From the NCBI GenBank assembly GCA_963734495.1, contig CAVTHK010000011.1, forward strand, positions 448,001 to 512,000: DNA of 64,000 nt, read 5' to 3'. How positions within the stretch are numbered: the first letter of the stretch is position 1; every line of letters begins with the position of its first letter. Positions 33,097-41,699 of this stretch are shown here, in pieces. Both the position numbers and the translations under genes were made by a program. The notes beneath the pieces are model-generated. The model worked only from the letters and a program-made list of their open reading frames with translations, did not search any database and had not been told where the DNA came from. Origin of the DNA: an uncultured Spirochaetota bacterium (GTDB lineage: Bacteria; Spirochaetota; Spirochaetia; SZUA-6; CAVTHK01).

Positions 33097-33915
33097 ATGT
33101 CGAAAGCGATCACGGCCGTGATGGAGCGCTGGGTACAGATCTGGAACGAAGGGAACCTCGCTGCGGTTGACGAGACCGTCGCTGCCGACTACGTGGACCA
33201 TTCGTCGTTGCGGGGGGACATGCGAGGGCCGGACGCCGTAAAGGACTCCTACCAGGGGTTTCACTCGGCCTTCCCTGACATGCACTTCACGGTGATCGAT
33301 CGCGTGGTCGAGGGCGACAAGGTCATGCAGTGTTGGGCCTTCAACGGCACCCACAAGGGCGAGTGGATCGGTATCGCGGCAACCGGGAAGCTGATCACCT
33401 TCACGGGCATGGACAGATTCCGCGTTGCCGGAGGCAGGATCGCAGAGTCCTGGACGCACTGGGACATGGGGGCGTTCCTGCAGCAAGTGGGCAAGGCGCC
33501 TGCCGAGTCGGCAGCCTCCAGGGCCGTCGTTCAGCGCTGGGGGGAGATCTGGAACGAGGGCAGGATGTCTACGGTCGACGAAATCGTCTCAGCCGACTTC
33601 GTGCAGCATTCGTCGTTGCGCGGGGACAGGCGAGGGCGGGAGGTCGTCAGGGAGTCCTATCAGAGATATCGCTCCGCGTTTCCCGACATGCATTTCACGG
33701 TAATGGGCCTGGTCGCCGAAGGGGACATGGTCGTGATGCACTGGGGCTTCAAAGGCACGCACCGGGGCGAGTGGAACGGGGTCGCGGCAACAGGGAAGCC
33801 GATCACCTACAAGGGCTTCGACCTCTTCCGCGTCGTTGACGGCAAGATCGTGGAGAACCGGAGCTGCTGGGACATGGGAGCGTTCCTGCGGCAGGCGGGC
33901 AAAACCATCTCGTAG
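33097..33915 (+). CDS. tandem SnoaL-like/ester cyclase (NTF2-fold) protein
   Basis: Two copies of SAFPDMHFTV..EGD.V..W.F.GTH.GEW.G.AATGK; AGGAGG RBS. Confidence 0.9.
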   Translation: MSKAITAVMERWVQIWNEGNLAAVDETVAADYVDHSSLRGDMRGPDAVKDSYQGFHSAFPDMHFTVIDRVVEGDKVMQCWAFNGTHKGEWIGIAATGKLITFTGMDRFRVAGGRIAESWTHWDMGAFLQQVGKAPAESAASRAVVQRWGEIWNEGRMSTVDEIVSADFVQHSSLRGDRRGREVVRESYQRYRSAFPDMHFTVMGLVAEGDMVVMHWGFKGTHRGEWNGVAATGKPITYKGFDLFRVVDGKIVENRSCWDMGAFLRQAGKTIS

Positions 33916-34040
33916 GCGCGGCGGCCCCGACGGGCGGCGGGCGACCTTCTTCTATTACTATATACTGTGCTCTGTGGCGGCGCGTGAGGCGTCTTCGCGC
34001 GTGCGCGTCGCCCGCGAGTCCTCGAATCAGGGAGGCGCAT

Positions 34041-35318
34041 GTGGCCTACGAGACGATCCTCACGATGAGCTCCTCGGCGATCAAGTACGGGTTCGGCGCG
34101 ACGCGCGAGATCGGCTACGACATGAAGGAGCTCGGCGCCTCGCGAGTCATGGTGGTCACCGATCCGCGCCTCGCGGCGTTCGAGCCGGTCGCGATTGTCA
34201 TCGAGGCCCTCAAGAAGCACGGCATCGACGCCGTGCTCTACGACCACGTGCGCGTAGAGCCTACGGACTCGTCGTTCAAGGAGGCGATCGCGTTCGCGCG
34301 CGACGGCCGGTTCGACGGGTTCGTGGGGGTCGGCGGCGGCTCGAGCCTCGACACGGCCAAGGCGGCCAACCTCTATGCGACATGGCCAGCCGATTTCCTC
34401 ACGTACGTGAACGCCCCGATCGGCAAGGGGACTCCCGTGCCAGGGCCGCTCAAGCCGCTCATCGGCGTGCCCACGACCGCGGGCACGGGAAGCGAGACCA
34501 CCGGCGTGGCCATATTCGACTTCGAAGAGATGAAGGCCAAGACCGGCATCGCGCACCGCTTTCTCCGCCCGGCGCTCGGCATCATCGACCCGGACAATAC
34601 GCGCACCATGCCGTGGGTGGTGGCGGCGAGCACGGGCTTCGACGTGCTGGTTCACGCGATCGAGTCGTACACGAACCTCCCGTTCGACCGCAGGGAAGCG
34701 CCGCCCGACCCGAGCCTGCGCCCTGCCTACCAGGGCTCAAACCCGGTCAGCGACGTGTGGGCCAGACGGGCGATCGAGATCGTCAGCGGCAAGCTCATCC
34801 GCGCCATCGAAGAGCCCTCGGACGTCGAGGCGCGCAGCCGGATGATGCTGGCCTCTACGTTTGCAGGCGTGGGATTCGGGAACGCGGGGCTGCACCTTCC
34901 CCACGGCATGTCCTACGCCGTTTCCGGGCTGGTGCGCGACTACGTCGCACCGGGCTACCCGCCGGGGCACCCGCTCATCCCTCACGGCATGTCCGTGGTG
35001 CTGAACGCACCGGCCGCCCTTCGGTTCACCGGCCCGGCCCGGCCGGAGCGGCACCTCGAGGCCGCGCGCCTCATGGGAGTCGACACGCGGGACTCACGTC
35101 TCGAGGACGCCGGCGACATCCTGGCCCGCGCCGTGATCGAGCTGATGAAGAAGGCGCGCATGCCCAACGGTCTCGCCGCCGTCGGCTACACCGAGGCGGA
35201 CCTCGACAGGCTCGTGGAGGGCACGCTGCCCCAGCACCGCGTCACCAAGCTCAGCCCGCGGCCCTTTACGCCCGCGGATATCAGGCAGCTGTTCCGCGAC
35301 TCACTGCGGATCTGGTAG
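34041..35318 (+). CDS. iron-containing alcohol dehydrogenase, hydroxyacid-oxoacid transhydrogenase (ADHFE1-like)
   Basis: GGGSSLDTAK, PTTAGTGSETTG, RPAYQGSNP, HLPHGMSY. Confidence 0.9.
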   Translation: MAYETILTMSSSAIKYGFGATREIGYDMKELGASRVMVVTDPRLAAFEPVAIVIEALKKHGIDAVLYDHVRVEPTDSSFKEAIAFARDGRFDGFVGVGGGSSLDTAKAANLYATWPADFLTYVNAPIGKGTPVPGPLKPLIGVPTTAGTGSETTGVAIFDFEEMKAKTGIAHRFLRPALGIIDPDNTRTMPWVVAASTGFDVLVHAIESYTNLPFDRREAPPDPSLRPAYQGSNPVSDVWARRAIEIVSGKLIRAIEEPSDVEARSRMMLASTFAGVGFGNAGLHLPHGMSYAVSGLVRDYVAPGYPPGHPLIPHGMSVVLNAPAALRFTGPARPERHLEAARLMGVDTRDSRLEDAGDILARAVIELMKKARMPNGLAAVGYTEADLDRLVEGTLPQHRVTKLSPRPFTPADIRQLFRDSLRIW

Positions 35319-35322
35319 TCAA

Positions 35323-36500
35323 TTGAAGAAGGCCGCAGCACCGTTGATGGAAACGGAGCCGTTGCGGCCGGCTGCTTTCGTCTCGCGCCTCAACCGGTTC
35401 GTGGCGTCGTGCCTGCTCGAGGACGCTCGCGGACGACGACGGCGCGTGAGCGCCTACATGGCGAACCCCGGCCGGATGTGGGAGATGCTGCTGCCCGGCG
35501 CCGAGCTCCTGCTCGCGCCGCGGCCACGGGGCCGCATCAGGTGGGAGGCCGTGGGGCTGCGCTGGACGGAGCGCTGGCCCGGCGACCGGCCGCGCGTCGT
35601 TTTCCTGAATGCCGGCCAGGTCGCTCGTGTCGCCGAGAAGCTGCTGCGGGAGCGTCTGATCCCGGAGCTCGCAGACGCGACCGTCGACAGGAGAGAGGCG
35701 CAGGCAGGCGAGTCGCGCATCGACCTGCTGCTGTCGCGCGTCGGCCGGCCCTATCTCCTGGAGGTGAAATCCGCGACGCTGGTCGAGCACGGCCTCGCGC
35801 TCTTTCCGGACGCGCAGAGCGTGCGGGCGCGGCGCCATCTGGAGGCGCTTGCGCGGGCCGGCGACGGGGTGCGCGCCGGCGTGTTGTTTCTCGTCCAGGG
35901 GGACGCCAATCGCTTTCTGCCTGACTTCCACACCGACCTGGACTTTGCGCGCGCATTCGGCGAGGTGCGCGACAAGGTAGACTTCTTCGCTTACGCCCTG
36001 GAGCCGACTCTGGGCGACGACGGCCGCCTGCGATTCGCCGGGCGGCCGCGTCGCCTCGCGATCCCGTGGGAATCCTTCGAGGCCGGCGCTGCCGACGGGG
36101 GGCTCTACATCCTGCTGCTGCGCCTGGCGAGGGGCGCGCGCCTCGAGGCGGGCGCCCTCGGCCGGCTCGACTACCCGGCGGGCTGGTACGCCTACGTCGG
36201 CTCGGCGCGCCGGGCCCTCAGGCGCGCCTCGCCAGGCACCTGCGGCTCGAAAAGAGGCGCCACTGGCACATCGACGCGCTGCGCGCGTCCGCGGCCGATG
36301 TGAAAGCCCTCGCGATCCGCGGCACCCGCCGCGGCGAATGCGAGCTGGCTGCTGCCGTGCGCGCGATCTCCGACGGCTCCGTGCCGCGCTTCGGTGCCTC
36401 CGACTGCCGCTGCCCCGGCCACCTCTTCCGCTTCGCCTACGACCCGCTGCACACCGCCCGCTTCCAGCGGCTCCTCACGGAGTGGCGCGCCAGCGTGTAG
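35323..36500 (+). CDS. sfsA: SfsA nuclease fused to a GIY-YIG (DUF123/Uri-like) domain (frameshift near 36220)
   Basis: SRLNRF, NPGRM.E, SRID, EVKS.TL, FPDA; then [27 protein letters not shown]. Confidence 0.85.
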
Positions 36501-36595
36501 ATGCTCGGCGAAGCGGCCGGGTGCTCGGTCGCCTGTGGCGCGGCGCACGCAGCCTGTTTGCCCGCACGCGCGTCGATCGCTATGATAGTCGCGTC

Positions 36596-37363
36596 ATGCC
36601 CCCGACGAAGAAGAACTACCTGATCGACATGGACGGCGTGCTGGTGCGAGGGACCTCGCTCGTCCCCGGCGCGGACGGCTTTGTCGCGCGCCTGGTCGAG
36701 CGCTCGTGCGAGTTCCTCGTTCTCACGAACAACCCCCAGTACACGCAGAAGGATCTCTCGTACCGCCTGAGCGGCCTCGGGCTGGAGGTCGAGCCCCGCC
36801 GCATATTCACGTCGGCCATGGCCACGGCGAGCTTCCTCCAGTCGCAGAAGAGCAACGGGAAGGTCTTCGTCATCGGCGAGAGCGGTCTCACCGGTCCGCT
36901 GCACGACGCGGGCATGATCATCACCGACAAGGACCCCTGGTACGTCGTGCTCGGCGAGACGCAGTCATACAGCATCCAGCAGGTCACCACGGCGATCAGG
37001 CTCATCGGGCGCGGGGCTCGCTTTATCGCGACCAACCCCGATCCGGCCGGCCCCGGGGACGGCGGGATCGTGCCCGCCTGCGGCGCCATGGCGGCGCTCA
37101 TAGAGAAGGCGACCGGCGTGAGCCCCTTCTTCATTGGCAAACCCAACCCGCTGATGATGCGGACCGCGCTCAAGTACCTCGGCGTGCACTCGGAGAACAC
37201 CGTGATGATCGGCGACCGCATGGACACCGACATCGTGGCGGGCGTGGAAAGCGGGCTCGAGACGATCCTGGTGCTGAGCGGGGTCACGGGGCCGGGCGAC
37301 GTGGATCGTTACCCGTACTCGCCCACCCGGATCGCCGCGTCCGTCGCGGAGATAGAACCCTAG
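36596..37363 (+). CDS. nagD: HAD-IIA family hydrolase (NagD-like)
   Basis: [30 protein letters not shown]. Confidence 0.9.
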   Translation: MPPTKKNYLIDMDGVLVRGTSLVPGADGFVARLVERSCEFLVLTNNPQYTQKDLSYRLSGLGLEVEPRRIFTSAMATASFLQSQKSNGKVFVIGESGLTGPLHDAGMIITDKDPWYVVLGETQSYSIQQVTTAIRLIGRGARFIATNPDPAGPGDGGIVPACGAMAALIEKATGVSPFFIGKPNPLMMRTALKYLGVHSENTVMIGDRMDTDIVAGVESGLETILVLSGVTGPGDVDRYPYSPTRIAASVAEIEP

Positions 37364-37548
37364 CCGCCCTTGAGCTTTTCCGGGGTCGATTCGTTCAGCA
37401 GCAGCTTCGCGAAGTTCCGGTATCCGACCTTGCGGTACTTCTTCATCAGTTCCGCCAGGGCCCGATAGGCATCGGGGTAGCTGCTCTGGAACTCTTTGAC
37501 GCGAGCATCAACTTCCTTGAGCTCCTCGAGATCGGCGACTGCAGGCAT
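37360..37548 (-). CDS. small hypothetical protein (62 aa)
   Basis: GGAGGAG RBS before [12 protein letters not shown]...KLKGG; helical, charged. Confidence 0.75.
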   Translation of the reverse strand: MPAVADLEELKEVDARVKEFQSSYPDAYRALAELMKKYRKVGYRNFAKLLLNESTPEKLKGG

Positions 37549-37627
37549 ACGCTCCTCCCCCTCTGGGCGTCCGGATCCACAAACGTTTCCAGCACAGCCG
37601 AGCTGCGCTCGGCTGATGCCCCGATGC

Positions 37628-37840
37628 TTAGTCGACCTGCACGTACGCCGAAGTGGACTGCGCTTCGGGCACCGGGAGCCCTTCGGCTCGCAGTCCTTCG
37701 ACGTGCATCTCCATGGCACCGCGCATGCGCGAGCGCGTCTCCCTGAGGGTCCTCCCCGTGGCGATGCAGCCGGGGAGATCGGGCGAATATGCCGAGTAGC
37801 CCGTTTCGCCTCTCTCGATAATGATGAGGTACTTCCTCAC
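37628..37840 (-). CDS. hicB: HicB-family antitoxin (short form)
   Basis: YSAYSPDLPGCIATGRT..E. Confidence 0.9.
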   Translation of the reverse strand: MRKYLIIIERGETGYSAYSPDLPGCIATGRTLRETRSRMRGAMEMHVEGLRAEGLPVPEAQSTSAYVQVD

Positions 37841-37841
37841 G

Positions 37842-38033
37842 TCATCGCCCCTTCAAGCCAGCTTGCCGCAGCACGCTGGCGAGCGTCTTCTTCATGACCT
37901 CGTCGCCGAGATGGCCGGACACCGTCACCACCCCCCGTTCGATCGGATGTCTGTACTGGCGGTGATCGCCCCGCGTTCTGGCGAGGTACCACCCCCGCGT
38001 CTCGATCAGTCTAATGAGGTCCCGAACCTTCAA
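37842..38033 (-). CDS. hicA: HicA-family toxin
   Basis: KVRDLIRLIETRGW..RTRGDHRQYRHP..VTVSGH..TLASVLRQAGL. Confidence 0.9.
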   Translation of the reverse strand: MKVRDLIRLIETRGWYLARTRGDHRQYRHPIERGVVTVSGHLGDEVMKKTLASVLRQAGLKGR

Positions 38034-38318
38034 GCAAGTGCCTCGCAGGCGCTGGCGTCGGCGACGAGCGCCTTTTATCAGGACTAACGGCGCGAGGCGG
38101 CTTTGCGCCTTCACGCGGGGTGCGTCGGAACCCGGTGGCGGCCGGCCGCGACCCTGGTTACGCGGCGCGCGCACGCTGCGGATGCGTCGGTGTGTTGTGC
38201 CGCCAATCCCCTGCTCGGCCGTGACTTGCCACCGCAGGCAAAGCGCAGCGCAGGCTGGCACGCTTGCTGCTTTCCTGATCTCTGATACTCTGGAAGAAGG
38301 CTTACGCCGGGGAACCGC

Positions 38319-40902
38319 ATGCACGTCACCCTTGGGCTCGACCTCGACGGTGCGATCTACCGTCGGCTGCCGCCGGACGGCGCCGACATGGACGTGCTCG
38401 CGGCCGGCCCGGCCGGCTTTGTCGGGCTGCTGGAGGAGCGGCTCGGCCTGCCGCCGGCGCCCGAGGAGCCGGTGCTGCGCGTGTTCGGCTGGGAGCGCGC
38501 GCTCGCTGCCGCCGACAACGGCGGCCGCTTCTATTCCGCGTCGTTCGCGCTCGACCCCTTCGGCACCGCTCAGGCTCTGCTCGCCGAGCGTGACGCCCTT
38601 CTGCTCTGTGCGCCGTCGACGTGGCGCCTGGCCGCTCTCGCGGGACGCCGGCGGCCGGCTTGCGGACCTGGCCGCGGCAGAGGCGGCCGCGACCGCGCTC
38701 CCGTCCGGTCTCCCGGAGCGCCTGCGCGCGATCCTCGCTGAGCTGCGCCTCGACCGCATTCCGCTGGCCATCGAGCGCCTCACGCTCTGCGACCCGCGCG
38801 AAGAGTGGCAGCCGCTCTTTGCCGAGGTCATCGATGCCGTGGCAGCCAGGGGCGCGCAGCTGGACGCATGGCCATGGGAGCGCGCGCGAGCGGCCGGCGA
38901 CCTCGGTGTCGCGCAACGCGCGCTCGCGGGCGAGGCGGGGGAGCGGCCGCGGGCAGCGGGCGACGGCAGCCTCGCTCTCGTTCGGGGCGCGAGCGGCGCC
39001 GAGGCCGCGGACCTGGCGGCGGCCCTGCTGGCGCAGCAGGTCGAGCGCTTCGGCGCCGACGAAGTCGCGGTGATCGACAGCAGGGGCGACGGGAATCTCG
39101 ACGAGGCCCTCGCCCGCGCCGGATTCGCCCTGTGCGGCGGCAGCAGCGCGTCCCGGGGCGTCGACGCGCGGCAGGTGCTGGCGCTGACGCTGCTTCTGCA
39201 GTGGCGTCCGGCGGACCCCTACCTCGTGCAGCAGCTCGTCCTGCTGCAGGACTCGCCGCAGCCGCGCGACGTCAGGCAGCAGGTGCTCCAGGCCCTGCGC
39301 GAGACGCCCGGGCCGCGGGCCTGGCGCGGCGCTCTCGACATCGAAACGGTCGACGCCGACGCACAGCTCCCGGTCGACCGCATAGATCACGCCTGCGCGC
39401 GCGTCGCGGCGTGGGCTATGCGCAGGGCGCACGCCGGGGAGCAGAGCCCGGAGCGCGTCGCGCTGTTCCAGCAGGTCGCCCGCGAAGCGCGGCTTGCGGG
39501 GCGGGCGGCGCCCATGCGCGCGCCGGCGTTCGGGCGGCAGGAGCTGGCACGGCTGCTGGCAGACCTGGCGCAGGCGGCGCCCGTGGAGAGCCGCACCGTG
39601 CGCGAAGCCGGCGCGCCCGTGGCCGTCGCGTCGCCGGGCGCGCTGCTGAGCGCGCCGGCTGCCGTTGTGTGGTACGGCGCGGACGGCGATGCGCTCGCGA
39701 CGCCGCGGCGGTCCTTCTGGTCGCCCGCGGAGCGGGGGGCGCTGGCGGGCGCAGGCGTGCTCCTCCCCGACCCCGACCGCGCCGTCGCGCGCGAGATGGC
39801 GGCCGCCGGGAGGGCGGTGGGCATGACGCGTGAAGCCTTCACCTTTGTCCATGCCGAGGCGACGGGGGACCGGCACTCCGGCACGCATCCGGTCTGGCAC
39901 AAGCTGCTGCGCGCCTTTGAAGAGCGGGGCCGCGAGGCGGCGCTTGCCTTTGACGGCCTCGAGCTGATCGGCCGCGGCGCCGCTCCGGGCGGCGCCGCAC
40001 TTACCACCGCGAGGCCCGACCGGCCCGCCTGCCTGGCCGGCGGCCGCGCCGTGTGGCAGCTGCCCGCGGGCATGGAACCCCGCGAGACCGAATCGCCGAG
40101 CTCCCTCGAAAAGCTGGTCTCCTGTCCCTTTGGCTACGCGCTGCGTTACGGCGCCGGCGTCGCCGACGAAGACCTCTACGCCCTGGCCGATGGAAGCGTC
40201 GCCCTGGGCACGATCGCTCACGCGGCGCTCGAGAGATGGCTCGCCGAAGGCCTGGGCGCCGACCCCGGGGGCTGCTTTGACCGCGTGGTGGCGGAGGAGG
40301 CTGCGCTCCTGCTCGGCCCGGGCCGCGACGTCGAGCGCGAGGGTGCGCGCGACGCGGTGATCCGCTCGGCCGCCAAGCTTGCTGACGTTATGGCTCGGGG
40401 CGCCCTGCGCCCGGTCGGCTTCGAGCAGAAGCTGTCGGGCCAGACCGAAGTCGGGCGGGTCGAAGGACGCGCGGATCTCGTGCTCCAGCGGGGTGAGGAT
40501 CCGGAGGCGCTCGCGGTGATCGACCTCAAGTGGGGCAGCGAGAACTTTCGCAGAGAGAGCCTGGAACAAGGCCGCGCCCTTCAACTGGCCGCCTACGCCC
40601 GGTTGGCCGGCGGCCGCGTCGCGCCGACGGCCTACCTGATCCTCGTGACCGCCGAGCTGCTCACCGTGCACGGAGACGTCTTTCCCGGCGCGGACGTCGT
40701 GCTCGGCGATGCAGAGCCCGAAGTGTGGGAACGAATGGCCGCGGTCGCCCGGGAACAGAAGGCCGCACTGGCCGCGGGCCGCGTGCTCGTCGGCTCGCCG
40801 GAAGAGCCGTCGGAGGACGACGGCCTGCTGGTGGCTGCGGGCTGCCGGTTCTGCGGCTTTGCGCTTTTCTGCCGCGTCGACGCCGTCGAGGAGGCGCGTT
40901 GA
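38319..40902 (+). CDS. AddB-like PD-(D/E)XK nuclease with Fe-S staple cysteines (frameshift near 38630)
   Basis: ORFs 38319..38741 + 38014..40902; SPSSLE...CP, GRADL..IDLKW, QLAAY, terminal CRFCGFALFC. Confidence 0.85.
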
Positions 40903-40932
40903 TGAAGCGGCCTGCGCGCGGACATTCCCATA

Positions 40933-40967
40933 TTGACGTATGGGTACCTTACCCATACACTGTTCCC
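40933..40967 (+). promoter_or_regulatory. vapB promoter with operator palindrome
   Basis: TTGACG-N17-TACACT-N6-ATG; GTATGGGTA-cct-TACCCATAC at 40938-40958. Confidence 0.8.
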
Positions 40968-41201
40968 ATGAAGATCACTGTCGAGATCGATGACAAGAAG
41001 CTTTCGCATTTGATGAAGCTGACAGGAATACGCACCAAGACCCGTGCCCTGGACTACGCCCTGAGGATGGCTGAGCGAGGCGCCCGGCGAGACCGTCTTC
41101 TGGAAACGATCCTGCGGCCCGAGGAATTGACCGGCGCGGTGGATCCAGCCTACGACGTGCTGGCGCTCCGCAAAAAAGAGAAGCCGAGCCGCAGGCGATG
41201 A
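40968..41201 (+). CDS. vapB: VapB-family (RHH) antitoxin
   Basis: MKITVEIDDKKLSHLMKLTGIRTKTRALDYAL; stop overlaps vapC start. Confidence 0.88.
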   Translation: MKITVEIDDKKLSHLMKLTGIRTKTRALDYALRMAERGARRDRLLETILRPEELTGAVDPAYDVLALRKKEKPSRRR

Positions 41202-41605
41202 TGTACCTGGTCGATTCCACCATTTACATCGATCTTCTTCGAGCCCGCAGAGACCCGGTCCAGGTCCTGCGGCCGTGGCTCGCCCACGATGAGGTCCTCG
41301 CCAGCGGCGTCGTTCGCTGCGAGGTGCTTCGCGGGATCGTCGACAGGCGGGTGCACGAAAGGATGAGCGACCTGTTCGAGGTTCTCCCGACGGTGCTGAC
41401 CGATGAACCGATGTGGAACCGCACTGCCGAGCTGGCCTGGAGCCTCGACCGGCGGGGAGTGGTTTTGCCGGTAACCGACCTGCTGATCGCCTCCTGTGCA
41501 CTGCGCGCCGGCGCGACCGTCGTGTCCACAGACGAGCATTTCCGGCGCGTTCCTGAGCTGACCGTCTTGCGCGCCCTGCCCACTGCGTCGGAGCCGGCAG
41601 GGTGA
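41198..41605 (+). CDS. vapC: PIN-domain VapC toxin
   Basis: LVDSTIYI, CEVLRG, TDLLIA, STDEHF. Confidence 0.92.
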   Translation: MMYLVDSTIYIDLLRARRDPVQVLRPWLAHDEVLASGVVRCEVLRGIVDRRVHERMSDLFEVLPTVLTDEPMWNRTAELAWSLDRRGVVLPVTDLLIASCALRAGATVVSTDEHFRRVPELTVLRALPTASEPAG

Positions 41606-41699
41606 TCGCAGGCGTGCTCAGGCTGCCGGTGGCCGCGGGCTGGCGGTTCTGCGGCTTTACGCTCTTCTGCCGCGTCGACGCCGTCGAGGAGGCCCCTCG

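Noticed and set aside
38319-40902. Cas4-like nuclease suggesting CRISPR
   Set aside because: The Fe-S PD-(D/E)XK domain ends an ~860-aa AddB-like protein; no cas genes or array in the window.
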